Both the position numbers and the translations under genes were made by a program. Positions 20,002 to 30,391 of a stretch of DNA of 64,000 bases are shown in pieces. A model generated the notes under the pieces. That model ran no database searches and was not told the DNA's origin. It was given only the letters and a program-made list of their open reading frames with translations. Every line of letters begins with the position of its first letter. Position 1 is the stretch's first letter. Source of the DNA: Longimicrobiales bacterium (lineage in GTDB: Bacteria > Gemmatimonadota > Gemmatimonadetes > Longimicrobiales > Gaopeijiaceae); contig CBDFMQ010000002.1 of assembly GCA_965249725.1 (NCBI GenBank), forward strand, positions 672,001 to 736,000, read 5' to 3'.

Positions 20002-21285
20002 ATGCCAAGCTTCATCGTCGAGGGCGGCCATACCCTGGCCGGGTCGATTCGACCGGCCGGCAACAAGAACGCCGCGTTGCCTGCAATCGCCGCCACAGTG
20101 CTCGCAACCGAGCCCGTCACTCTGCAGAACATCCCCCGCATCAGAGATGTCGAGACGTTACTCGAGATCGTGAACTCACTCGGTGCCCACGTGCGTTGGG
20201 ACGACGACAACGTGGTCACCGTCGATGCGTCGGCGGTGGCTTCGGCCGACGTCGATCGTGAGCTGGCGGAGCGCATCCGTGCGTCGCTGCTCCTTGCAGG
20301 ACCTCTCCTGGCTCGCTTCGGACGGGTCGATCTGCCACCCCCCGGCGGAGACGTGATCGGTCGCCGTCGGATGGACACTCATTTCCTGGCCTTCGAGGCG
20401 CTGGGTGCCGAGGTCCGCTTGAACGGGGGTTTTCAGATCGAGGCACCCGTCCTCAAGGGGGCGGACGTATTCCTCGACGAGCCCTCGGTTACCGCTAGCG
20501 AGAATGCGATCATGGCGGCAGTCCTCGCTGAGGGCCAAACGCTCCTGCGCAACGTCGCTTCGGAGCCGCATGTCCAGGATCTGTGCCATCTGCTCAACGG
20601 CATGGGGGCTCACATCGAGGGGATCGGCACGAATCAGCTGCGGCTGGAGGGGGTCAAGGAGCTGGGCGGAACCACTTTTGCGATCGGTACAGATCACATC
20701 GAGACGGGGTCGTTCATCGGCTTGGCCGCCGTGACGGGGAGTGAGTTGGTGATCGAGGGAGCTCCGATCGAGCACCTGGACTCCACCCTCCTCGGGTTCG
20801 CCCGCCTTGGGGTAGAGGTGAGTATCGACGGGGATTCCCTCACGGTTCACGGCGACCGGGAGTGTCGGGTAGCCAGCGACGCCTTCGGTGCGGTGCCCAA
20901 GATCGACGACGGTCCGTGGCCCGCGTTTCCGGCCGATCTCACGTCCATAGCGGTGGTCACGGCAACACGATGCCACGGCACGGTCCTGGTGCACGAGAAG
21001 ATGTTCGAGTCTCGCATGTACTTCACGGACAAGCTCGTGGCGATGGGTGCCCAGATCATTCTCTGCGACCCCCACCGGGCCGTAGTGGCTGGTCCTTCGC
21101 GGCTCCGGGGTACCACCCTGGAGAGTCCGGACATCCGGGCCGGCATGGCCATGCTGATCGCGGCGCTCGGAGCGGAGGGTACGAGTCGTATCCAGAACAT
21201 TCGACAAATCGAGCGGGGGTACGAGCGCATCGATGAGCGCCTTCGCGCCCTGGGGGCCCGGATCGAGCGGGTCGAAGCCTCCTAG
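20002..21285 (+). CDS. murA: UDP-N-acetylglucosamine 1-carboxyvinyltransferase (Asp in place of the fosfomycin-target Cys)
   Basis: [59 protein letters not shown] upstream. Confidence 0.95.
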   Translation: MPSFIVEGGHTLAGSIRPAGNKNAALPAIAATVLATEPVTLQNIPRIRDVETLLEIVNSLGAHVRWDDDNVVTVDASAVASADVDRELAERIRASLLLAGPLLARFGRVDLPPPGGDVIGRRRMDTHFLAFEALGAEVRLNGGFQIEAPVLKGADVFLDEPSVTASENAIMAAVLAEGQTLLRNVASEPHVQDLCHLLNGMGAHIEGIGTNQLRLEGVKELGGTTFAIGTDHIETGSFIGLAAVTGSELVIEGAPIEHLDSTLLGFARLGVEVSIDGDSLTVHGDRECRVASDAFGAVPKIDDGPWPAFPADLTSIAVVTATRCHGTVLVHEKMFESRMYFTDKLVAMGAQIILCDPHRAVVAGPSRLRGTTLESPDIRAGMAMLIAALGAEGTSRIQNIRQIERGYERIDERLRALGARIERVEAS

Positions 21286-21425
21286 GACGGAAACTCGCGG
21301 CCTCGTCCAGTCGTAGGGCATCTGGTGGCTGAGGGGTTCGCCTACCGCTACACTAGACGACGGCGACCGACAAGATCACACCAAACGCGACCAACACGGT
21401 CACCCCAGTGGAGAAGGGCCTCAAC

Positions 21426-21848
21426 ATGTCGGAAGAAAACGCTCCCGAGGAGCACAACGAGGAGCACAACGAGGAGCACAACGGGGAGCACAACGGGGAG
21501 CACAACGGGGACAACGACGGTGCGGGCACCGAGCAGGACTCCGAGGAGAAGAGCCGCGCGGACAGCATCAAAGGCGGTATTCGGCAGGGGATGGGCATGC
21601 TCAATGCCATGAAGGACGCCATTGAGGAGACCCTCAACGAGGCCAAGGAGCGGGGCGACCTCTCCCCTGAAAGAGCGAAGGAAGTCATGCGCTCGACGCT
21701 GGAGAGAGCCCAGGCGAAGGCCGGTGAAGCCCGTGAAGCCCTCGACTTCGTCAAACAGAAGGACTTCGACGGTTTGAAGACGGTCGTGGATGGACTCAAA
21801 GAAAGAGTTAAGAGCGTCGAACGGTCGCTGGGGCTCGAAGCGGAGTAG
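21426..21848 (+). CDS. Hypothetical helical protein, phasin/PhaI-like, with His/Glu repeat N-terminus
   Basis: ERGDLSPERAKEV plus C-terminal coiled coil; GGAG upstream. Confidence 0.6.
   Translation: MSEENAPEEHNEEHNEEHNGEHNGEHNGDNDGAGTEQDSEEKSRADSIKGGIRQGMGMLNAMKDAIEETLNEAKERGDLSPERAKEVMRSTLERAQAKAGEAREALDFVKQKDFDGLKTVVDGLKERVKSVERSLGLEAE
21447..21506 (+). repeat. 5 x 12-bp repeat G(A/G)GGAGCACAAC encoding (EEHN)3(GEHN)2
   Basis: Counted directly. Confidence 0.95.
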
Positions 21849-21920
21849 CCCTCCGAGCCGCCGGCCGAGGAGGAATAGTGCGTGTGAGTCGCTGAGTAGG
21901 GGGGTTTAGGGCCCCAAGTC

Positions 21921-21949
21921 TTGAGAAATCAAGGCATTGCGTCTATATT
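21921..21949 (+). promoter_or_regulatory. sigma70 promoter of the rimP-nusA-infB operon
   Basis: TTGAGA-17 nt-TATATT. Confidence 0.75.
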
Positions 21950-21961
21950 ACCGCTCGTAAC

Positions 21962-22018
21962 GGCCGCCCCTGGGCGGCCACTTTTGTGAGTGGGGGAGTT
22001 GGTAGCCCCCGCTTTTTT
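21962..22018 (+). terminator. rimP leader with two tandem terminator-like hairpins
   Basis: GGCCGCC-CCTG-GGCGGCC then ACTTTT; GAGTGGGGG..CCCCCGCTT then TTTT. Confidence 0.7.
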
Positions 22019-22060
22019 GTTCTCGGTGGTTTGCGTTTCGAGCCTCCGATAGGGGCGGCC

Positions 22061-22549
22061 ATGGCTGCATCACGGCCCGAAGTCGAGCAGAAGATGGAGG
22101 AGCAGATCGCGACTCTCGGATTCGAGCTCGTCTCGTTGGAGTGGGCCGGGAGCCGGAATCGACCGATCATGCGAATTCGCATGGACCGGCCGGATTCGGG
22201 GCAAGAGTCGACGGTCACCGTGGACGACTGCGCTCAGGTGAGCCGTGCACTGGAGGCATGGCTCGACGAGGACGAAGAGGTGCCGGAGCGCTACGTGTTG
22301 GAGGTCTCGTCTCCGGGAGTCGAGCGGCCGTTGGTACGGCCGCGAGACTGGGAGCGGTTTGCGGGCCTGCCTGTCGTGGTGAAGGGCCACGGGGTTCTCG
22401 CGGAACGATCCAACCGGATCGAGGGGGAGTTGTTGGGATTGGACTCGGGCCCGGAACCGACGGCCCGGCTCCGACTGGAAGATGGTACCGAGGTGAGCGT
22501 GGCCCTTACTGAAATCAAGGGTGCTCACCTCCTGTTCAACTGGAAGTAG
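22061..22549 (+). CDS. rimP: Ribosome maturation factor RimP
   Basis: VTVDDCAQVSR, YVLEVSSPGVERPL. Confidence 0.95.
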   Translation: MAASRPEVEQKMEEQIATLGFELVSLEWAGSRNRPIMRIRMDRPDSGQESTVTVDDCAQVSRALEAWLDEDEEVPERYVLEVSSPGVERPLVRPRDWERFAGLPVVVKGHGVLAERSNRIEGELLGLDSGPEPTARLRLEDGTEVSVALTEIKGAHLLFNWK

Positions 22550-22568
22550 GCGTACGGGTGAGGACACT

Positions 22569-24071
22569 ATGACTGTTGATACCGGCCAAATCGTAGCGGC
22601 GTTCAGAGATGTCGCCGCAACGAAGAGCCTGTCCCCAGACGAGGTGAACGAACTCCTCAAGGATGGGATCAGGGCGGGTCTGGCGCGCATATACGGTCCG
22701 AACGTACAAGCCGAGATCATCATTGACGACGCCATGGGCGGGTTCGAGATCACCGTCTTGAGGCGTGTGGTCGAAGAGGTAGAGGACCCGTCGTCCGAGA
22801 TCAGCCTCGAAGAGGCCCGCTGGGACGATGAGGGCTTCGAAGTCGGTGACGTCATGGAAATCCCAGTCGACTTTGCGGAATTCGGACGCAACGCAGTCAT
22901 GGCCGTGAAGCAGCGTATCGTCCAATTGGTTCGAGAGAACGAGCGGGATCGGATTCGTGATGAATACTCGGACCGGATCGGGGAGTTGCTCTCCGGCGAG
23001 GTGCAGCAGATGGAGCGTGGTAAGATCGTGGTCATGCTCAACCGCTCCGCCGAAGCCGACGCGATCATCCCCTGGAAGGACCAGAACCCACGGGAGCGGT
23101 TCCGGCAGGGTGATCCCATCCGATGCGTTCTCAAGAAAGTCGAGGAAACGCCGAAGGGTCCGCGGCTCATCCTCTCTCGGGGTGACCCTCTGTTCGTCTC
23201 GGCTCTCTTCAACCTCGAGGTGCCGGAGATCCACCAGGGTATCGTGGATATCAAAGAAGTGGCGCGCGAGGTAGGCGGGCGCACCAAGATCGCCGTCTAC
23301 AGCCGGGACGAGTCCATCGATCCCGTGGGTGCTTGCGTCGGCCTCAGGGGTTCCCGTGTACAGGCGGTGGTGCAAGAGCTCGGAGGCGAGCGGATCGACA
23401 TCGTGCCGTGGCATGCCGAGCCAGAAATCTTCGCTCGGCGCGCCCTGGCCCCGGCACGGGTCTCGAAGGTCATGAGTGATCCGGAGCGGCAGGTGATCAC
23501 GGCGATCGTCGACGAGGATCAGCTCTCGCTGGCCATCGGTCGAAACGGCCAAAACGTACGGCTCGCATCTCAGCTCATCGGTTGGCAGATCGACCTGTAC
23601 GGTTCGCGGGAGTGGGTCGAGCTCGGCGCAGACCTGTCGCTGTTCCAGGAGCCCGGAGAGGACGAGTACGAAACTTCGGACTTCTCCCTGGCTGAGTTGG
23701 ATCTTGCCCCGACCACGCTAGCGGCTCTCGGAGCCGCTGGATATAGTACTTTTTTGCAGATTATCGACTTCGATCGCGATAATTTCTTGGCCATCGAAGG
23801 GCTCACGGAGGACGCTGCGGATCGGCTTCTGTCGCTCATCGATGAGCTCACGGTCGTGGCGGATCCGTCCGGCGACCCGTCTGGCGACCCGTCTCGCCCC
23901 GTGAGTGACGGCGCAGAGGGTGCTGCTGTCGAGGCCCACGACCTCTCAGGCGCATCCGAGGAAGATGAGGCGCCGGCGGCAGAGGCACAGGCCGAGCCGG
24001 AGGCTGAAGCGGACGCCGCCACGGACGGGTCAGAGGCCGGGTCGGACGATGATGAACCGGTCGGAGCGTAG
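22569..24071 (+). CDS. nusA: Transcription termination/antitermination factor NusA with acidic tail
   Basis: DPVGACVGLRGSRV, LSLAIGRNGQNVRLAS. Confidence 0.97.
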   Translation: MTVDTGQIVAAFRDVAATKSLSPDEVNELLKDGIRAGLARIYGPNVQAEIIIDDAMGGFEITVLRRVVEEVEDPSSEISLEEARWDDEGFEVGDVMEIPVDFAEFGRNAVMAVKQRIVQLVRENERDRIRDEYSDRIGELLSGEVQQMERGKIVVMLNRSAEADAIIPWKDQNPRERFRQGDPIRCVLKKVEETPKGPRLILSRGDPLFVSALFNLEVPEIHQGIVDIKEVAREVGGRTKIAVYSRDESIDPVGACVGLRGSRVQAVVQELGGERIDIVPWHAEPEIFARRALAPARVSKVMSDPERQVITAIVDEDQLSLAIGRNGQNVRLASQLIGWQIDLYGSREWVELGADLSLFQEPGEDEYETSDFSLAELDLAPTTLAALGAAGYSTFLQIIDFDRDNFLAIEGLTEDAADRLLSLIDELTVVADPSGDPSGDPSRPVSDGAEGAAVEAHDLSGASEEDEAPAAEAQAEPEAEADAATDGSEAGSDDDEPVGA

Positions 24072-24396
24072 CTCGCTCATGCTGCTAGGGTTGGCCCGAC
24101 GCGCGGGGGCATTGGAGCGAGGGACCGGGGCGACCCAGCGGGCCGTCAAAGACGGACGGGCTCGACTGGTACTTCTGGCCCAGGACGCGTCGGAGGTCCA
24201 ACTGGAGAGGGTATTGAAGTTGATGCGACATCGGGACACTCCCCGGGTGACGTTGGGGAGCCGGGCGGAGCTGGGTGCGGCGGTGGGGTCCGCACCGCTC
24301 TCGGCGGTAGCGGTCACCGATGAGAGTTTTGCGAGTCAGTTGGCCGGCCAATTGGCCGTGAACGTGGGTAGGCACGAAGAGACTGAGCGGAGGTAG
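24049..24396 (+). CDS. L7Ae/L30e-family RNA-binding protein (YlxQ-like); start uncertain (24049, 24052 or 24079)
   Basis: LLGLARRAG, LVLLAQDAS, ELGAAVG..AVAVTD; lies between nusA and infB. Confidence 0.85.
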   Translation: MMNRSERSSLMLLGLARRAGALERGTGATQRAVKDGRARLVLLAQDASEVQLERVLKLMRHRDTPRVTLGSRAELGAAVGSAPLSAVAVTDESFASQLAGQLAVNVGRHEETERR

Positions 24397-24405
24397 GCGA
24401 AGCAG

Positions 24406-27069
24406 ATGCGGGTTGTAGAACTAGCTGACGATCTTGGAGTTTCCTCCAAGGTTCTGCTTAGCCTCCTGAGAACGATGCGCATTCCCGTCCCGGACGCTGA
24501 TGCGCCGATGAGCGACGAGGACGTGTCGCGCATCCTCGCTCGGCTCGAGCGTGAGCGCCGTGCCGGTCACAAGGACGCGGCCGAGGCGATTCAGGCTGCC
24601 ATCGAGGACGCCAAACCCACTGCGGGCAAGCGGCGCAGGCGCCGTGCGAGCGAAATACCGCCGGAACCAGAGCCCGAAGTCGAAGAGGACGCTGGCGAGG
24701 CAGAGGCGGGGGAGACCTCCGAGACGCCCGTCGCAGAGTCCGAAGACGCAGCCGATGAGGCCGCCGATGAAGCCGCCGGGAGTGCCGATGAGGACCAGGC
24801 GGACCCGGATGAGGCTGGGGAGCCGGTAGCCGAAGAAGAGGCGACGGAGGAGACCCCGCCAGAGGAGCTCCAGGCGGAAGAAGAACAGCCGGACGTCGAG
24901 GCGCCCGTCGAGGAAGTGGCTGCCGAGGTGGTTGCCGAAGCACCCCCCGAGCCTGAAGGCCCGCCCGCTCCGCCACCGGAGCCGGTTCGCCAGTCTGCCC
25001 TGGAGGGACCCGCTCGCGTGATCCGTCGGCCAAAGCCCTCCGCGGGTGCAGGAGCAGCCGGTCAAGTGCGGGTTCAGGCGGAAGGCTATACCCCGGACGG
25101 CCAGAGGCAGCAGCGGGCGAAGAAGAAGGGCAAGAAGCGCCAGCGCGTCGATCAGAGTGCCGTACAGGAGAACATCCAGCGGGTCATGGCCGAGCTCAAA
25201 GGCGGCAGCAAGAAGCGTCGCCGGAAGGGGTCCACCCCCTCGAAGGAGGAGAAGGAGGCCGCCGAGCAGGAGGCAGCCCAGGAGCAGGAGCGAGAGCGCA
25301 CGACCGTGCGGGTCAACGAGTTCCTCACGGTCTCGGAGTTGTCCGAGCTGGTGGACGTTTCGTCGACCGAAATCATCGGTTCGGCGTTCAAGAACCTCGG
25401 TATGATGGTCACCATCAACCAGAGGCTCGATTTCGATCAGATCGAGATGCTCTTGGACGAGTTCGATTTCACTGCGGTGCGCGAGGAGGAGTACGTCGCC
25501 CAGGAAGAGACCGTGGTCCAGGAAGAAGACCCCGAGGATCTCGAGCCGCGGGCCCCGGTCGTCACGGTCATGGGTCACGTCGACCACGGAAAGACGCTGC
25601 TGCTCGACAAGATCCGGAGTACGAACGTCGTCGCCGGAGAGTCCGGGGGGATCACCCAGCACATCGGCGCGTACCACGTCGAGCTGGAAAACCAGCGAAT
25701 GATCACGTTCCTGGATACTCCCGGTCACGCCGCGTTCACGGCCATGCGGGCGAGGGGCGCCGAGGTCACGGATATCGTCATTCTGGTGGTAGCCGCGGAC
25801 GACTCCGTCATGCCTCAGACCAAAGAGGCCATCAGCCACGCCCGGAACGCGGGTGTTCCCCTGATCGTGGCGGTCAACAAGTGTGATTTGCCCGCCGCCG
25901 ACCCGATGAAGGTCAAGCAGGAGCTGCTCCAGCAGGAGGTTCAGGTCGAGGACTACGGCGGGGATGTCCTGAGCGCGGACATCTCTGCGAAGACAGGAGA
26001 GGGCATCGACGATCTGTTGGAGAAGGTCCTGCTACAGTCTGACCTGCTCGAACTGAAGGCGAACCCGAACCGCGACGCGAGCGGGATCGTCATCGAGGCC
26101 CAACTCGACATCGGAAAGGGCCCCGTGGTCTCGATTCTGGTGCAAAGAGGGACGCTCAGGGTCGGGGACTCCTTCGTGGTGGGTCACCACGAAGGCCGAG
26201 TGCGGGCCATGCTCGACGAGCGAGGCCATGCGGTCGAGGAAGCGGCCCCGGGGATTCCGGTGCAGCTTCTCGGGACGGCAGGAGTGCCGCAGGCCGGCGA
26301 TACGTTCCAGGCGATGGTGCCCGACAAGGCCAGCGAGGTCGCTCAGAGCCGTATGCGCCTCGAGCGTGAGAAGCAGCTTCGGATCAAGGAGCGAGGCGTC
26401 AAGCTCGGAGACTTCTCCGGACTCCTCGCATCAGGCGAGGCCGACACGCTGCCCCTCATCATCAAGGCCGACGTGGATGGCTCGGTACAGGCGCTTTCCG
26501 ATGCACTCGAGCAGATCGGGACCGACGAGGTGAAGGTCCAGATCGTCCACCGGGCGGTCGGAGCCATCAACGAGGAAGACGTCCTGCTCGCCGGCACGTC
26601 GGGATCGGTCATCATCGGCTTTCGGGTTCGCCCCTACACGAATGCTCGCAAGCATGCCGAGCGTGACGGTGTGGACATCCGGGTCTATGACGTCATCTAC
26701 GAGGCCGTGGACGAAATCCGGGCCGCCCTCGAGGGCATGTTGGCACCGGAGCGGCGGGAGACCGTTCTGGGCACCGCCGAGGTCCGCGAGGTCTTCAAGG
26801 TCGGTAAGGTGGGCACGATCGCCGGCTCGCACGTCCTGGAAGGTGTGATCGATCGGAAGTCCGAGGTGCGCCTGGTACGCGAGGGGATCGTCATCTACCA
26901 GGGCGAAGTCTCTTCCCTCAAGCGCTTCAAGGACGATGCGAAAGAGGTGCGAGAAGGCTTCGAGTGCGGCATCGGGATCGGCAACTTCAACGACATCAAG
27001 GTCGGCGACATCATCGAGTGCTACTCCGTCGAGGAAGTGGCTCGCACGCTTGCCGGAGCCACAGGGTAG
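24406..27069 (+). CDS. infB: Translation initiation factor IF-2
   Basis: [37 protein letters not shown]. Confidence 0.98.
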   Translation: MRVVELADDLGVSSKVLLSLLRTMRIPVPDADAPMSDEDVSRILARLERERRAGHKDAAEAIQAAIEDAKPTAGKRRRRRASEIPPEPEPEVEEDAGEAEAGETSETPVAESEDAADEAADEAAGSADEDQADPDEAGEPVAEEEATEETPPEELQAEEEQPDVEAPVEEVAAEVVAEAPPEPEGPPAPPPEPVRQSALEGPARVIRRPKPSAGAGAAGQVRVQAEGYTPDGQRQQRAKKKGKKRQRVDQSAVQENIQRVMAELKGGSKKRRRKGSTPSKEEKEAAEQEAAQEQERERTTVRVNEFLTVSELSELVDVSSTEIIGSAFKNLGMMVTINQRLDFDQIEMLLDEFDFTAVREEEYVAQEETVVQEEDPEDLEPRAPVVTVMGHVDHGKTLLLDKIRSTNVVAGESGGITQHIGAYHVELENQRMITFLDTPGHAAFTAMRARGAEVTDIVILVVAADDSVMPQTKEAISHARNAGVPLIVAVNKCDLPAADPMKVKQELLQQEVQVEDYGGDVLSADISAKTGEGIDDLLEKVLLQSDLLELKANPNRDASGIVIEAQLDIGKGPVVSILVQRGTLRVGDSFVVGHHEGRVRAMLDERGHAVEEAAPGIPVQLLGTAGVPQAGDTFQAMVPDKASEVAQSRMRLEREKQLRIKERGVKLGDFSGLLASGEADTLPLIIKADVDGSVQALSDALEQIGTDEVKVQIVHRAVGAINEEDVLLAGTSGSVIIGFRVRPYTNARKHAERDGVDIRVYDVIYEAVDEIRAALEGMLAPERRETVLGTAEVREVFKVGKVGTIAGSHVLEGVIDRKSEVRLVREGIVIYQGEVSSLKRFKDDAKEVREGFECGIGIGNFNDIKVGDIIECYSVEEVARTLAGATG

Positions 27070-27098
27070 TTTCCGGCAGTCCGTAGGAGGAGCGAAAG

Positions 27099-27380
27099 GT
27101 GTTGGTGGCCGCGTGCTCATGGGAGCTTTCGCTTCCCGGATGCGCCTCCCTTAAGGAAAAGCGGAGGGTCGTGAAGTCGCTCAAGGACCGTCTTCGCAGC
27201 CGATTCAACGTTTCGGTGGCCGAGACCGACCACCAGGACGTTTGGACGAGAGCCCAACTATCCATCGCGCTGGTCACGACCGACGGCCGACTCGCGGAGT
27301 CGACGCTTGCGAAGGTCGATCACCTCATCGAGGGGGAGACCCGCGCCGTGATCCTCTCCAGCAAGAGAGACCTCTTCTAG
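27099..27380 (+). CDS. DUF503 (YlxP-like) protein
   Basis: SLKEKRRVVKSLKDRLRSRFNVSVAETDHQD. Confidence 0.9.
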   Translation: MLVAACSWELSLPGCASLKEKRRVVKSLKDRLRSRFNVSVAETDHQDVWTRAQLSIALVTTDGRLAESTLAKVDHLIEGETRAVILSSKRDLF

Positions 27381-27384
27381 CGCT

Positions 27385-27840
27385 ATGCCCAACCGACGCC
27401 TCGAACGCCTGAACGAGCAGTTCCGACGAGAAATCACCGGCATCCTGCACCGAAGCGTGAGGGATCCACGGGTGACCGACGTGGTGGTCACGGGCGTCGC
27501 CGTGACGTCCGATCTCTGGCTCGCCCGCGTGTATGTCCGAGTGTCCGGGGAAGATGCGGACCGCGATGAGGCTCTGAAGGGTCTCGAAGGGGCTTCCAAC
27601 TTCATCCGCAGGGAACTGGGGTCCATGCTGCACATCCGCCGGATTCCCGAGTTGCGGTTCCTGGAGGACGAGACGCTCGATCAGGCCACTCGCATCGAGG
27701 AGATCCTGCGCGAGATCGTCCAGGAGGAGCAGGGAGAGCAGGAGCAGGAAGAGCAGGAGCAGGAAGAGCAAGAGCAGGAAGAGCAAGAGCAGGAAGAGCA
27801 GGGGGCGCCGGAGGAGCAGGAAGAGCGGTCGGGGGAGTGA
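27385..27840 (+). CDS. rbfA: Ribosome-binding factor A with Glu/Gln tail
   Basis: RLERLNEQ, DPRV, DLWLARVYV, RRIPELRF. Confidence 0.95.
   Translation: MPNRRLERLNEQFRREITGILHRSVRDPRVTDVVVTGVAVTSDLWLARVYVRVSGEDADRDEALKGLEGASNFIRRELGSMLHIRRIPELRFLEDETLDQATRIEEILREIVQEEQGEQEQEEQEQEEQEQEEQEQEEQGAPEEQEERSGE
27736..27795 (+). repeat. 4 x 15-bp repeat GAGCA(G/A)GAGCAGGAA encoding (EQEQE)4
   Basis: Counted directly. Confidence 0.92.
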
Positions 27841-28820
27841 AGACAGAGACCTTCCGCTCGCCGGAGCGGGGCGGGGCCCTCCTGGTCGACAAGCCGGCCG
27901 GACCTACGTCGCACGACGTGGTTGCCTGGGCACGCAAAGCGCTCGGCACGAGGCGTGTCGGGCACACCGGAACTCTCGACCCGTTCGCATCGGGGCTCCT
28001 CATTCTCCTCTTCGGGCCCGCGACCCGGTTGGCTGAATACCTATCCGGACTGCCGAAGACCTATGTCGCGGAGGCCCGACTGGGGGTCCGAACGGACACG
28101 CACGACTCGGAAGGGAAGATCTTGGAGCTCCCGCCGGCGTCCGAGGCGGACCGGGAGGGGCCCGGCGAGGGGCCCGGCGAGGGGCCCGGCGAGGGGCCCG
28201 GCGAGGAGGGCGAGATGCCCAGCGAGAAGGATCTCGCGTCGGAACTGACACGGTTCCAGGGCTCGATCGAGCAGATACCGCCGCAGTTCTCCGCCAAGAA
28301 GGTCGACGGGGAGGCGATGTACAAGAAGGCCCGCCGAGGTGAGAGCGTGGAGTTGAGCCCGGTGACTGTCGAGATCTCGGCCATCCGCTTGACGGGGTAC
28401 GAGCCACCGGATTTCTCCTTCGAGGTGACCTGTGCGGCCGGGACCTACATTCGGGCCCTGGCCAGGGACATCGGCGAGGGTCTGGGTGTCGGCGCCCATC
28501 TGAGGACACTGCGCCGTACGAGCGTAGGGAGCTTCTCGGTCGATGGAGCGATGCCGGGCGAGGCAATCAGAGAGGGTGTGGCTCCCGCATCGGGGCAGTG
28601 GATCCAGGCGGCGGAGGCGATCCGCCATCTCCCGACCGTCCGGGTTGCGGCCGAAGAGGCGTTGCGGCTCCGCCAGGGGGGCAGCGTCTCATCTCCGGGA
28701 GCCGGGGTGGAGGCCGAGACGCCCATCGCGGTCCTCGACGAGACGGGTCTGTTGGGCATCGCGCAGGTACACGAAGGTCGATTGGCGCCGAAGAAGATGC
28801 TCCAGGGCGCCGGCACGTGA
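27837..28820 (+). CDS. truB: tRNA pseudouridine(55) synthase
   Basis: VDKPAGPTSHD, GHTGTLDPFASG, PPQFSAKK, GTYIRALARD. Confidence 0.96.
   Translation: MKTETFRSPERGGALLVDKPAGPTSHDVVAWARKALGTRRVGHTGTLDPFASGLLILLFGPATRLAEYLSGLPKTYVAEARLGVRTDTHDSEGKILELPPASEADREGPGEGPGEGPGEGPGEEGEMPSEKDLASELTRFQGSIEQIPPQFSAKKVDGEAMYKKARRGESVELSPVTVEISAIRLTGYEPPDFSFEVTCAAGTYIRALARDIGEGLGVGAHLRTLRRTSVGSFSVDGAMPGEAIREGVAPASGQWIQAAEAIRHLPTVRVAAEEALRLRQGGSVSSPGAGVEAETPIAVLDETGLLGIAQVHEGRLAPKKMLQGAGT
28155..28202 (+). repeat. 4 x 12-bp perfect repeat GAGGGGCCCGGC encoding (EGPG)4 inside truB
   Basis: Counted directly. Confidence 0.95.
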
Positions 28821-29770
28821 CGGACTTCGCGATCGACCCGGATCTGCCTTCCGGCCTCCCGTCGGACGGCAAGGGGACCGTCGTCACCATCGGTACGTTC
28901 GACGGGGTGCACCGAGGTCACTGGGAGGTTCTCTCCGAGATCCGCCGAAGGGCAGAGGAGACCGGCCGGCGCAGCGTGCTCGCGACCTTCCATCCACACC
29001 CTCTCACCATCGTCCGGCCGGAACTGTCTCCTCCCATGCTCACGACTCCGGTGGAGAAGAAGGAGATTCTAGCGGAGTCCGGACTCGACTACGCCGTGTT
29101 TCTACCCTTCACTCCGGTGCTGGCGAGCTATACTCCTCGCCGGTTTGTGGAAGAAATCCTCGTTGGCCGACTCGGTGTGAAGGAGCTGGTGGTCGGATAC
29201 GACCATCACTTCGGCAGGGGGCGGGCAGGAGACACCGACACTCTGCGGGCCCTGGGGTCCGAGCTGGGCTTCGAGGTCGATGTCGTAGGTCCGGTGGGGT
29301 CGGGAGAGATCCCCATCTCGTCGACCGGCATCCGAAGAGCCCTGTTGGAGGGCAACGTCGTTGCCGCCGGCGAAGCCCTCGGGCGCCCCTACTCGCTTCG
29401 AGGGCTCGTCGTTCGTGGGGACCAGAGGGGGAGGAGGCTCGGTTTTCCTACGGCCAACCTCGAGGTTAGGAGCGGCGGCATCGGCCAGAAGCTCATTCCG
29501 CCTCCCGGCATCTACGCGGTCAGGGGCATCTTGAGGTCGGGGACGTATGAAGGCGCGCTCCATCTGGGACCGAGGCCAACCTTCAGGGGGTCGCCGCCGA
29601 GTATCGAGGTCCATCTGCTGGATTTCGAAGACGACATCTATGGCGAGGAGATTCGCGTCGATTTCGTGCAGTATATGCGCGAGATCCGGCCCTTCGATTC
29701 TCAGCGGGCCCTGGTCGATCAGATGCGCGAGGATGTCGAGGAAGCGCGAAAGGTCCTCCGGGACTCCTGA
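28817..29770 (+). CDS. ribF: Bifunctional riboflavin kinase/FAD synthetase
   Basis: IGTFDGVHRGH, ISSTGIR, LGFPTANL; GTGA overlap with truB. Confidence 0.96.
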   Translation: MTDFAIDPDLPSGLPSDGKGTVVTIGTFDGVHRGHWEVLSEIRRRAEETGRRSVLATFHPHPLTIVRPELSPPMLTTPVEKKEILAESGLDYAVFLPFTPVLASYTPRRFVEEILVGRLGVKELVVGYDHHFGRGRAGDTDTLRALGSELGFEVDVVGPVGSGEIPISSTGIRRALLEGNVVAAGEALGRPYSLRGLVVRGDQRGRRLGFPTANLEVRSGGIGQKLIPPPGIYAVRGILRSGTYEGALHLGPRPTFRGSPPSIEVHLLDFEDDIYGEEIRVDFVQYMREIRPFDSQRALVDQMREDVEEARKVLRDS

Positions 29771-29882
29771 CCGGTGAGCGGCGTTGTTGCCCCACATGGC
29801 TTACGCTATCTTAAATGGCTATTCGTATAAGGACGGATCAGCTTCCCTTGCAGCGCAGACTCTTGCGGAGGCAAACGCAGAC

Positions 29883-30143
29883 ATGACGATCAACAGAACA
29901 GAAATCATTCAGAAGCATCAGCTCCACGACGGAGACGTCGGGAGCGCTCCGGTCCAGGTTGCGCTCCTCACGGCTCGCATCAACGACCTCAGGTCCCACT
30001 TCGACGATCACAAGAAGGACCACCACAGTCGCCGAGGCCTCCTCAAGATGGTTGGACGCCGGCGCCGGTTGTTGGAGTACCTGAGGCGAACGGACGTGGA
30101 ACGCTACCGCGAGCTCATCGCGGACCTAGGACTCCGCCACTAG
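29883..30143 (+). CDS. rpsO: 30S ribosomal protein S15
   Basis: [33 protein letters not shown] upstream; candidate promoter TTGTTG-17 nt-TATCTT at 29784-29812. Confidence 0.97.
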   Translation: MTINRTEIIQKHQLHDGDVGSAPVQVALLTARINDLRSHFDDHKKDHHSRRGLLKMVGRRRRLLEYLRRTDVERYRELIADLGLRH

Positions 30144-30157
30144 ACAGAGGCGGATAT

Positions 30158-30391
30158 GAAGCGGCGGCGGCCGGTTGGTCGGTCGCCGCTTCTTGTAAGA
30201 CCGGCAGGAACCCTGGAGAATCGGCCCAACCAAACAGCCGCAATTGGTCGGGGCACGCCGTGCCCTGCATTGCGGCGGTCGATCTCTCTCGGAGCCTGCT
30301 GAACCGTCCTGATCGGGAATGCCCCGACGGGCGAAACATGGTCGGACGGGATGGTCCCGTTCGACGACAAAAAAGCAGAGAAAAGAGAGAA
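30158..30391 (+). promoter_or_regulatory. rpsO terminator-like hairpin followed by a highly structured pnp leader
   Basis: Four stems plus a long-range pairing over the RBS (see findings). Confidence 0.55.
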
